The notes beneath the pieces are model-generated. The model made no database searches, was not told the origin of the DNA, and saw only the letters and a program-made list of their open reading frames with translations. From assembly GCA_963704725.1 (NCBI GenBank), contig OY969934.1, forward strand, positions 3,328,001 to 3,392,000: 64,000 nucleotides of DNA, written 5' to 3'. The position numbers and the translations under genes were made by a program. This stretch comes from an uncultured Actinomycetes bacterium (GTDB lineage: Bacteria > Actinomycetota > UBA4738 > HRBIN12). Below are positions 49,493 through 58,145 of this stretch, in pieces (positions within the stretch are counted from its first letter, which is position 1; each line of letters opens with the position of its first letter).

Positions 49493-51574
49493 GTGAACGA
49501 GTCCTTGCGCACGCGCCTGCCGTGGGTGCTCTGGGCGATCGTCATGGCGATCCTCGTTCTGACGCTCGTCCTGGTCGGCCTCAACGGCGACTTCCACAAC
49601 GACGCGTTCTTCATCCCCCTGGCGATCCTCATGATGGTCGGGTACTCGACGGTCGGCGCCCTGCTCGCGGCGCGACTCCGCCGCAACCCGATCGGGTGGC
49701 TCATGATGCTCCCGGGCGCCGGCTTCCTGGCCGCCGCGTTCACGAGCGAGTACGTGACGTGGGCGCTGCAGACGTCGCCCGGATCGCATCCGCTCGTCGA
49801 CGCGGCGATCGCGGTGAACAACGGCGTGTTCATCGCGGGGATCGCGCCGCTCCCGCTCCTGCTCCTGTTGTTCCCGAACGGCCGGCCGCCGTCGCCCCGC
49901 TGGCGCTGGCTGCCGCCGGCCTTCATCACGGTGATCGTGATCGGCCTCGTCGGAACCTTCCTCCGTCCAGGCCGCGTGGACGTCAATCCAGGCGTGCGGC
50001 CCCTGAACCCGTACGGAGTCGAGTCCCTGCGCGACGTCCTCCCCTCGATCATGCTCGTGGCGGGGGTCCTCTCCATCGTCCTGTCCCTGCTGCCGGTCCT
50101 CGCGCTGATCCGTCGGTTCCGCGCGGCCGCGGACGAGGAACGGCAGCAGATCCGCTGGCTGGCGTACGTCGGCGTCGTCGGGGCGGCGCTGTTCGTCGCC
50201 ACGATGCTGACGTCGGTGGGCCTGTCCTCGAACGAGTCGAGCACCGCGAACGACGTCTCGTTCTACGCGTTCTTCGCGGTGATCGGGATCGGCATCCCCG
50301 CGGCCATCGGCATCTCGATCCTGCGGTACCGCCTGTGGGACCTCGACCTCGTGATCCGCAAGACGGTCGTGTTCGCCGTCGTCGCGGCCTTCATCACCGT
50401 CGTCTACGCCGTCGTCCTGCTCGCGGTGCCGGCGCTCATCGTCGGCGGGGAGCGCGCGTTCAGCCCGCTCACCCTCGTCACCACGGTCGTGGTCGCGCTG
50501 CTGTTCCAGCCGGTACGGGCGCGGGCCCGACACTTCGCCGACCGGCTGGTGTACGGCAAGCGGGCCACGCCGTACGAGGTGCTGTCCGAGTTCTCCGAGC
50601 GCCTGTCGGACGCCTACTCCACGGACGACGTCCTGCCCCGGATGGCCCAGCTCCTCGCGGCGGGCAGCGGCGCCGAGACCGTGACGATCTGGCTGCTCAT
50701 CGGCGGCGAGCTACGGTCGGTCGCCTCATGGCCCCGGGAGCGACGGCCCACCGACCCGCGCACGTTGCCGGCCTACGCCATCGCTCGCCAGGGCACTTTC
50801 GAGGTTCGACACCAAGGAGACCTCCTCGGCGCGATCACGGTGGAGACGCCGGCCAACGACCCGCTCGACCCGAGGAAGGAGCGACTGATCCGGGACCTGG
50901 CCTCCCAGGCCGGCCTCGTGCTTCGCAACGTCCGGCTGATCGAGGAGCTCCGCCGGTCGCGTCGGCGGATCGTGGCCGCCGTGGACGAGAACCGGCGGCG
51001 CCTCGAGCGGAACATCCACGACGGCGCCCAGCAGCAACTGGTCGCGCTCGCCGTGAAGCTCCGGCTGGCGGACGCCGCCCTCGATCGCGACCCGGCGAAG
51101 ACCCACGCCCTGCTCGCACAGCTCCAGGCCGAGGCCAACGACGCGCTCGAGGACCTCCGCGACCTCGCTCGGGGCATCTACCCGCCGCTGCTCGCGGACG
51201 AGGGTCTCGCCATGGCGCTCCAGGCGCAGGCGCGGCGCTCGCCGGTGCCGGTCCACGTCGCCCCGGACGGCATCGGCCGGTACGCGCGAGAGGTGGAGGC
51301 GAGCGTCTACTTCTGCGTCCTGGAGGCGCTGCAGAACGTGGCGAAGTACGCCGAGGCCTCGAACGTGGAGGTGGGGCTCAGGCAGGAGGGGTCCTTGCTC
51401 GCGTTCGAGGTGCGGGACGACGGGGTCGGCTTCGACCCCCTGACCGCGCCGCGCGGGAGCGGGCTTCAGGGGATGGCGGACCGCATCGAAGCCGTCGGGG
51501 GCGCGTTCGAGCTCCGCAGCGCCCCGGGGCGGGGCACGACGGTGAGCGCCACGATCCCCGTCGAGTCCGCCTGA
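49493..51574 (+). CDS. multi-TM sensor histidine kinase (paralog of 44244-46352)
   Basis: LLFPNG.PPSPRWR, LRYRLWDLD, YGKRATPYEVLSEFSER, ERNIHDGAQQQLVA, DDGVGFD. Confidence 0.92.
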   Translation: MNESLRTRLPWVLWAIVMAILVLTLVLVGLNGDFHNDAFFIPLAILMMVGYSTVGALLAARLRRNPIGWLMMLPGAGFLAAAFTSEYVTWALQTSPGSHPLVDAAIAVNNGVFIAGIAPLPLLLLLFPNGRPPSPRWRWLPPAFITVIVIGLVGTFLRPGRVDVNPGVRPLNPYGVESLRDVLPSIMLVAGVLSIVLSLLPVLALIRRFRAAADEERQQIRWLAYVGVVGAALFVATMLTSVGLSSNESSTANDVSFYAFFAVIGIGIPAAIGISILRYRLWDLDLVIRKTVVFAVVAAFITVVYAVVLLAVPALIVGGERAFSPLTLVTTVVVALLFQPVRARARHFADRLVYGKRATPYEVLSEFSERLSDAYSTDDVLPRMAQLLAAGSGAETVTIWLLIGGELRSVASWPRERRPTDPRTLPAYAIARQGTFEVRHQGDLLGAITVETPANDPLDPRKERLIRDLASQAGLVLRNVRLIEELRRSRRRIVAAVDENRRRLERNIHDGAQQQLVALAVKLRLADAALDRDPAKTHALLAQLQAEANDALEDLRDLARGIYPPLLADEGLAMALQAQARRSPVPVHVAPDGIGRYAREVEASVYFCVLEALQNVAKYAEASNVEVGLRQEGSLLAFEVRDDGVGFDPLTAPRGSGLQGMADRIEAVGGAFELRSAPGRGTTVSATIPVESA

Positions 51575-51664
51575 AGCCGTAGCCCCGGCTCGTCGCCACG
51601 GGTTGCTCATCCTCGCAACCAACCTGTTACGTTCCTCGCGCCCAAGGACCCAAGGAGCACGCCG

Positions 51665-54511
51665 ATGACCGCCTCCGGACCCGGGAGCCGCCGCAGGCTC
51701 CGGGTGAGCACCCTCGCCATCGCGATCGCCGCGGCCCTGCTCGCGGCGGTGCCGCCCTCCTCCGCCGATCCGGCCGGCCGGTCCCCCGACGGCCGCCGCC
51801 AGTTCGCCCCGGCCGCCCGCGGTGAGGCGCTGTTCGACAGCCGGGCGGGCGGCTCCGGGATCGTCCCCGGGGGCGCGGTCCTTCGCGCCCGGCGAGCGCT
51901 CGCGAGGTCGCTCGGCCCGCAGGGCTTGGTGGACGTCGACGAGCGTACCGGGACACCCCGGATGGTCTCCCGCCTCGACGGCTTCCTGACCGGACCGAGC
52001 GCCGCGGCGCCCGAGGACGTCGCGCTGGGCTACGTCCGGAGCCACCTGTTGGCGTTCGGCCTCACGGCGCGGGACCTCGGCGGCCTCGAGCTCGTGAAGG
52101 ACTACGTCGACGTGCTCGGGACACACCACCTCGTCTGGCAGCAGCGGTACCGGGGGATCGCCGCGTGGGACGACGACCTCCGAGCGCACGTGACGGCCGA
52201 TGGCCGTCTCGTCGCGATCGGCGGCTCCCCGATGCCCGGGCTCTTTGTCGCGAGCGTCAGCCCTCGCCTGTCCGCACGCGACGCCGTCGTGGTGGCGTAC
52301 CGCAGCGTCGGCGCCGCGGCACCCGCCGTCGGATCGCCGATACGGACCCCGGCGGGCCCCGAGCGGCGGACTGTCTTCGGATCCGGACAGGACGCGCGGC
52401 TCGTGCTGTTCGGCTCCGCCCGAGGCGCCCGGCTGGCGTGGCGGACGACCACGCCGGTGAGCTCCCAGGAGATCGACGTGTCCGTCGTGGACGCGCAGAC
52501 CGGCGCGGTGCTGTGGCGCGCCAATCTGGTCGAGAGCGACCAGGCGGGAACGGGCCAGGCCTGGGAGTACTACCCCTCGGCCTCGGTGCCCGGCGGGGGC
52601 GGGGTCCAGCACCAGGTGACGTTCCCGGTCGCCGACGGCACGGCGCTGTTCGGGAACAACGCCTGGACGTGGCCCGACGTGGACGACGACGACTCGCCCG
52701 ACCGCGACATCCCGGCGACCTCGAGCGTGGACTGGAGCTACCCGGCCGTCCTGAACACGACCGACGTCACGAACGCCTGCTCGGACCTGTTCCCCTGTTC
52801 CTGGGATCCGAACGTGCCCTTCAGCTGGCAGCCGCACGTCGAGTCCAGCGCGGTGCAGGTCTTCCACTTCCTGAACGCGTTCCACGACCATCTGCTCGCG
52901 GCGCCGATCGGTTTCACGGAGGCCGCCGGCAACTTCCAGGTCGACAACGCCAGCGGCCAGGGGCAGGACGGCGACATGGTGGTCGCGAACGTGATGGACG
53001 GAGCCGACACCTCGCGCACTCCCGGGCTCCCCGACGACTTCCATCAGTTCAACGCGAACATGTTCACGCCGCCCGACGGCGATCCCCCGCTGATGCAGAT
53101 GTACCTGTTCCCGTCGATCCCGGATGACGGGAGGCCGGCGACGATGGGCGGCGACGACGCCTCGGTCGTGTACCACGAGTACACGCATGGGCTCTCGAAC
53201 CGCCTCGTGACGTTCGCCGATGGGAGCGGCGCGGTGAACTCGGCGCAGGCGGCCGCGATGGGCGAGGCGTGGAGCGACTTCTACGCGCTCGACTACCTCG
53301 TGGCCCAGGGTCTCGAGACCGACTCGGCCGGCCCCGACGTCGTCCTCGGGCGGTACGTGGCCGGCGGCCGAGTGGGGTTCATCCGCTTCGACGCGATCGA
53401 CTGCCCCGTGACCTCGGGGCCGCCGAACTGCCCGGGCAGCCCCGGCACGGGAGCCGGCGGCTTCACCTACGAGGACTTCGGCCACGTCGGCGGCGGTCCC
53501 GAGGTCCACGACGACGGGGAGATCTGGGGCCAGACGCTCTGGGACGTGCGGTCCGCGCTGGGCTCGAGCGTGACGCTCACGCTCGTCACGCGTGCCATGG
53601 AGCTGTCGCCGCCGGAGCCCTCGTTCCTCGACATGCGCAACGCGATCCTGGAGGCCGACCAGGTGGCGTTCGGTGGATCGCACGTCGATCAGCTCTGGCA
53701 GCTCTTCGCCCAGCGGGGCATGGGGTTCTTCGCGATCGCCCTGGACGGCGGAGACGTCCATCCCGTGGCCGACTTCAGCACGCCGCCGGTGTGCCCGACC
53801 GACTGCGGCACCGTGGAGGGCACCGTGATCGACTCGCAGTCGGGCAGGCCGGTGCACGGCGTGAACGTCGTGATCGCCGGGCACGCCTCCGGCTTCTCGA
53901 CCGACCTCGCGGCCGTGACGAACGCGAGCGGCGCGTTCTCCATCGCGGACGTTCCCTTCCACGAGTACGTCGTGACCGTGGAGAGCGACGAGCACGAGCC
54001 CTTCGCGGTCCCGGTCGACGTGACCGGACCGACGACGGTGCCGATCGAGCTCACGCGGGACTGGGCGTCGATCGGCGGCGGGGCCAGGCTCGTCGACTTC
54101 ACGGGTCCGAACTTCTCGCCCGCCTGCGGGCCAGAGGACCTGTGGGACGCCGCCCTCACCTCGGGATGGGGATCCACCACGACGAACCGGCCGACCGGCA
54201 GGATCAACATCGTGAAGCTGCCGCGGGCCGTGGACATCACCAGCTTCGGGTTCGCCAGCGACGGGACGTGCGGCGACGGGCCCGAGGCAGCCCTGCGGGT
54301 GTTCGAGATCCAGACCAAGGCGCGCGGGGGGCATTGGGTCACCGCCTACCGCCGATCCCGGCCGCTGCGCCGCGGCGTGATGCACACGCTTCGGCCGATC
54401 CGAGGGAGCACGGACAAGGTGCGGTTCGTGAAGCTCGTCATGTTCGACAACTTCGGCGACCCGCTCTTCACCGACGTGCTCGAGCTGTCCGTGCGCGGGG
54501 CCCCGGCCTAG
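51665..54511 (+). CDS. secreted M36 (fungalysin) metallopeptidase with FTP/PepSY propeptide and C-terminal beta domains
   Basis: Signal peptide, GFTEAAGNFQ, NANMFTPPDG.PP.MQMY, HEYTHGLSNRL, AMGEAWSDF, EVHDDGEIW, PSFLDMRNAIL. Confidence 0.9.
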   Translation: MTASGPGSRRRLRVSTLAIAIAAALLAAVPPSSADPAGRSPDGRRQFAPAARGEALFDSRAGGSGIVPGGAVLRARRALARSLGPQGLVDVDERTGTPRMVSRLDGFLTGPSAAAPEDVALGYVRSHLLAFGLTARDLGGLELVKDYVDVLGTHHLVWQQRYRGIAAWDDDLRAHVTADGRLVAIGGSPMPGLFVASVSPRLSARDAVVVAYRSVGAAAPAVGSPIRTPAGPERRTVFGSGQDARLVLFGSARGARLAWRTTTPVSSQEIDVSVVDAQTGAVLWRANLVESDQAGTGQAWEYYPSASVPGGGGVQHQVTFPVADGTALFGNNAWTWPDVDDDDSPDRDIPATSSVDWSYPAVLNTTDVTNACSDLFPCSWDPNVPFSWQPHVESSAVQVFHFLNAFHDHLLAAPIGFTEAAGNFQVDNASGQGQDGDMVVANVMDGADTSRTPGLPDDFHQFNANMFTPPDGDPPLMQMYLFPSIPDDGRPATMGGDDASVVYHEYTHGLSNRLVTFADGSGAVNSAQAAAMGEAWSDFYALDYLVAQGLETDSAGPDVVLGRYVAGGRVGFIRFDAIDCPVTSGPPNCPGSPGTGAGGFTYEDFGHVGGGPEVHDDGEIWGQTLWDVRSALGSSVTLTLVTRAMELSPPEPSFLDMRNAILEADQVAFGGSHVDQLWQLFAQRGMGFFAIALDGGDVHPVADFSTPPVCPTDCGTVEGTVIDSQSGRPVHGVNVVIAGHASGFSTDLAAVTNASGAFSIADVPFHEYVVTVESDEHEPFAVPVDVTGPTTVPIELTRDWASIGGGARLVDFTGPNFSPACGPEDLWDAALTSGWGSTTTNRPTGRINIVKLPRAVDITSFGFASDGTCGDGPEAALRVFEIQTKARGGHWVTAYRRSRPLRRGVMHTLRPIRGSTDKVRFVKLVMFDNFGDPLFTDVLELSVRGAPA

Positions 54512-54516
54512 CGCGA

Positions 54517-54909
54517 TCAGGCTCCGCTGCCGCGCGCTCGGCCGACGGCGTCGGCCCAGGCCGACTCGAGCCGGTCCGGGCCGAAGGCGGCCTTGGGGAT
54601 GTACGCGGCCGCGCCGCACTCGGCGGCCCTCGGCGCGTACTCGTCCTCCTCGTAGGTCGACAGAAGCAGGACGACGACGGGCGTGGTCGACTCGCGCAGG
54701 ATGCTGCGCGTGGCGTCGAGCCCGTTGATGCCGGGGAGGTTGACGTCCATGAGAACGAGGTCGGGCTCGAGGGTCCTGGCCATGGCGACCGAGTCCTCGC
54801 CGCTCTCGGCCTCAGCGACCACCTCGAACCCGTCGGTGGCCTCCACCACGAGCCGCGCCGCCATGCGGAACGGCTCCTGGTCGTCGACGATGAGGACCCG
54901 AACCGCCAT
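54517..54909 (-). CDS. single-domain response regulator (receiver only)
   Basis: VRVLIVDDQEPFR, DLVLMDVNLPGING, LLSTY, YIPK. SD AGGAGG. Confidence 0.88.
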   Translation of the reverse strand: MAVRVLIVDDQEPFRMAARLVVEATDGFEVVAEAESGEDSVAMARTLEPDLVLMDVNLPGINGLDATRSILRESTTPVVVLLLSTYEEDEYAPRAAECGAAAYIPKAAFGPDRLESAWADAVGRARGSGA

Positions 54910-54958
54910 GTGAGGTGCCTCCTGGGGACCAGGGTCCCACCGGCCCGGCGCCGGCGAC

Positions 54959-54976
54959 AGTGATGCCAGCACCACT
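54959..54976. promoter_or_regulatory. palindromic operator AGTGATGC-CA-GCACCACT upstream of the lone receiver gene
   Basis: 8-bp arms with one mismatch. Core shared with 49265-49282. Confidence 0.55.
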
Positions 54977-55000
54977 TCCTGCGCCCCGGAGGGGGACCTC

Positions 55001-56137
55001 CTAGCGACGGGCGGCCACGCCCTCCATGTCTTCGGTGCGGAGGAAGGCCTGCTCGAGCAGGAGCCGGGTGTTGAGGTTGAGGTCCTCGGCGAGTGCCGCA
55101 CGGCACTCCTCGATCGCAGCCAGGCGCCGGGCGGCGGCGGGGACCGGCGTCGGCGGCGGCGTCGCGTCCGGGTTCATGAGCTGGGCCGGGCCGCCGCCCA
55201 CGGCGGCCACGATCCGGTCTCGCAAGAACGAGGAGACGGCGAGCAGCACCCGGTCGACGTAGTCGCGCTCGGCCCGGCGGAGCTGGCGGTCGTGCCGCTG
55301 CTGCATCCGCCGGATCGCGCCTCGGTAGGCGTCCTCGGGACGGCCTCGCTCGTCGAGGAAGGGGACGAGGTCCTCCTTCTGCTGCTCGGTGAGGTCCTTC
55401 TTGTAGCGCTCGGCGGCCGCGAGCACGAGGTCGGCCGCCTCCAGGGCCCCCGCCGGCCCGCGGCGGGCCCGCTCCAGCGCCTCGGCGGCCACGTCCCGGA
55501 AGGACAGCCCGTCCTCGTCGGTGGCCAGCCGACGGGCCCGGCCGAGGTTGCCCCCCGACAGGCGGGCGGCGAGCGCGGCGCGGGCGGGATCGGCGCCCTC
55601 GGACGTGAGCGTCGCCACCACGAAGTCCTCGGACAGCGGCAGGAACGAGACCACGTGGCAGCGCGAGAGCACGGTCTCGGGCAGCTCGTCCGGGCGGGCC
55701 GAGAGCAGGAGCAGGACGGCGTCGGCCGGCGGCTCCTCGAGCACCTTGAGCAGGACGTCCGCCGCCGAAGGGTTCAGCCGGTCGGCCTCGCGGATCAGGA
55801 AGACCTTGCGGCCGGGCTCGGGCGCCGTGCGGTACGCCGGGTGCCAGATCTCCGAGCGGACGGTGTCCACGTGGATGTCCCGGCCCTCGGGCTCGACGAC
55901 GACCTCGTTGGGGTGCTTGTCCTGCAGCGCCAGGCGGCAGTCCCGGCACTCACCGCAGCCGCCGAGCTTGCAGAGCAGGGCCGCGGTGAACGCCCGGGCC
56001 GCCTGCTGCTTCCCGCCGCCCTCCGGCCCGGCCAGCAGGTACGCGTGGTGGGGCCGGGCCGCCGCCTGTCGCAGGAACGCCATCGCGCGATCCTGGCCGG
56101 GGACGAGGTCGAGGACCGGAACCTCAGCGCTCGTCAC
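55001..56137 (-). CDS. holB: DNA polymerase III subunit delta'
   Basis: HAYLLAGPEGGGK, C...GCGECRDC..HP, LLKVLEEPP, TVLSRC. Follows tmk. Confidence 0.93.
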   Translation of the reverse strand: MTSAEVPVLDLVPGQDRAMAFLRQAAARPHHAYLLAGPEGGGKQQAARAFTAALLCKLGGCGECRDCRLALQDKHPNEVVVEPEGRDIHVDTVRSEIWHPAYRTAPEPGRKVFLIREADRLNPSAADVLLKVLEEPPADAVLLLLSARPDELPETVLSRCHVVSFLPLSEDFVVATLTSEGADPARAALAARLSGGNLGRARRLATDEDGLSFRDVAAEALERARRGPAGALEAADLVLAAAERYKKDLTEQQKEDLVPFLDERGRPEDAYRGAIRRMQQRHDRQLRRAERDYVDRVLLAVSSFLRDRIVAAVGGGPAQLMNPDATPPPTPVPAAARRLAAIEECRAALAEDLNLNTRLLLEQAFLRTEDMEGVAARR

Positions 56138-58139
56138 CGTTGTCCTCCCGCTCCTTGAGGACTCGTCGCATGGCCTCGACCACCTGGTCGTGCACCTTCT
56201 CGGGGACCTCGTCGGCGTCGACGACGACGAAGCGCTCCGGGTGCTCCTCGGCCATCCGGAGATACGCGTCGCTGACCTTTGCGTGGAAGTCCGCACCCTC
56301 CATCTCGATCCGGTCGGGCTCTTCCAGCGAGCGCAGGAGCCCCGCCTCGGGCTCGAGGTGGAGCAGGATCACCAGGTCCGGGAACAGTCCCTGCGTCGCC
56401 CACACGTTGAGGGTCAGCACGTCCTGCTCTCCCAGCCCTCGCGCGTTGCCCTGGTAGGCCAGGGACGAGTCGATGTACCGGTCGCAGATCACGACCTTGC
56501 CCTCGGCGAGCGCGGGCCGGATCACCGTCGTGACGTGCTGGGCCCGGCTCGCGGCGAACAGCAGGGCCTCGGTCTTCGGCTCGAGATGCCCGGTCTCGTG
56601 GTCGAGCAGCATCCGCCGGAGCTCCTCGCCGATCGCCGTTCCCCCGGGTTCGCGCGTGACCAGCACCTCGACGCCCTGCTCCTCCAGCCACTCCTTGGCC
56701 AGCCGGATCTGCGTGCCCTTGCCCGCCCCCTCGACCCCTTCGAACGCGATGAACAACCCGTCGGATGGCGGCCGCTTGAGCTTCGGCACCAGGCCGAGCG
56801 GTTGGGGCCGGCTCACGCGGAACCGGCGGAGTCCTCGACGGGTCACGATGCCCGCGAGGATGGCACCGAGCCCGGCGACCATCAACGCGGCCCGCGTCCC
56901 CCCCAGGTCGATCACGCGCGTCCCGAGCTCGAGCGAGTGGTAGCCGATCACGTTGGCCAGCGTCGGGAACAGGGTGAGGGACAGGAACAGCCCGAGCCGC
57001 GACAGCACGGTGAGCGAACCGAACGTCCGGCCCCGGAACTCGTCGGTGACGTTCTCCTGCAGCAGGACGTAGCCGCTCACCCACGCGGCGCCGCACAGCG
57101 CCCCCAGGATGACGGTCATCACCGCGGCGAGCTCGATCCCCGGCATGAGCGCGAGGACGAAGAGCGTGCCCGCGGCGCCCACGATCGACCACGGGAACAG
57201 GAACTCGCGCTCCAGGAACTCGACGACCTTGTTCGAGCTGGCCATGCCGATCCCCATGCCGATGCCGAACGACGTCACCAGCACCCCCCATCCCGGGTCA
57301 CCGGCGTGGAGCGCGTCCCTGGCGAAGCTCGGCCCGATGGCCAGGACCGCGCCAACCGCGCTGAACGCCGACACGATGCCGAGCGTCATCGCGGAGGCGA
57401 GCGAGTTCTCGCGGAGGAACCGGAGGCCGTCGGCCACGTCCCGGCCCATCTTCGATAGGTCGAACCGCCCCCAACCGGTCGGCGTGGGCGAGGGGATGCG
57501 GATCCGGGAGACCAGGAACGCCGACAGGGCGAACGTGCCGGCGTCGAGCCAAAGAGCGAGAGACTGCGGCTTCTGGTTGAGCCAGGGGATGAGGTCGGAT
57601 CCTCCCACCAGAAACGCGTAGACCAGACCGCCGAGCGGCAGCGTGCCGTAGGTTGTGATGAGGCCGAGCGAGTTGGCGTTCGCGAGCTGCCGCCGGGGGA
57701 CCATGTTCGGCAGGGACGCGTCCCGCGCCGGGGTCCACAGGAGCGAGAAGCACTCGATCACGAACGACACGAGGTAGATCGCCCACAGGGGGCCGAGGAA
57801 CGGCATCAGCCCGTACAGCGACCCCCGGGCGACGTCGGCCGTGATCATCAGCGTCTTGCGGTTGAATCGGTCCACGAAGGTGCCGGCCAGCGGACCGAAC
57901 AGGATCGCCGGGAGCATGCGCGCGGCCATGACGCCGGCCACGGCGTACCCGCCGGCGCGACCGCCCTTGGCCAGCACGAGGGCGGCGACGGCCACGAAAC
58001 CCACCCAGTCACCGAAGGAGCTGACCGTCTGCGCCACGATCAGCTTGGAGAACTGCGGGTGGGTGACGAGGTCCTTGAGCGTGGCCGGCCGGGTGCCTCG
58101 GAGCGCGGCGATCTCCTCGGCGTACGCTCGCGAGGACAC
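56124..58139 (-). CDS. tmk: MFS transporter-thymidylate kinase fusion
   Basis: N-terminal multi-TM MFS domain (GTFVDRFNRK). C-terminal FIAFEGVEGAGKGTQ, TREPGGT, CDRYIDSSLAYQG. Confidence 0.93.
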   Translation of the reverse strand: MSSRAYAEEIAALRGTRPATLKDLVTHPQFSKLIVAQTVSSFGDWVGFVAVAALVLAKGGRAGGYAVAGVMAARMLPAILFGPLAGTFVDRFNRKTLMITADVARGSLYGLMPFLGPLWAIYLVSFVIECFSLLWTPARDASLPNMVPRRQLANANSLGLITTYGTLPLGGLVYAFLVGGSDLIPWLNQKPQSLALWLDAGTFALSAFLVSRIRIPSPTPTGWGRFDLSKMGRDVADGLRFLRENSLASAMTLGIVSAFSAVGAVLAIGPSFARDALHAGDPGWGVLVTSFGIGMGIGMASSNKVVEFLEREFLFPWSIVGAAGTLFVLALMPGIELAAVMTVILGALCGAAWVSGYVLLQENVTDEFRGRTFGSLTVLSRLGLFLSLTLFPTLANVIGYHSLELGTRVIDLGGTRAALMVAGLGAILAGIVTRRGLRRFRVSRPQPLGLVPKLKRPPSDGLFIAFEGVEGAGKGTQIRLAKEWLEEQGVEVLVTREPGGTAIGEELRRMLLDHETGHLEPKTEALLFAASRAQHVTTVIRPALAEGKVVICDRYIDSSLAYQGNARGLGEQDVLTLNVWATQGLFPDLVILLHLEPEAGLLRSLEEPDRIEMEGADFHAKVSDAYLRMAEEHPERFVVVDADEVPEKVHDQVVEAMRRVLKEREDNGDER

Positions 58140-58145
58140 CCTGGG

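Noticed and set aside
56124-58139. MFS-thymidylate kinase fusion as a novelty
   Set aside because: Already known from actinomycetes in the topA-tmk-holB locus.
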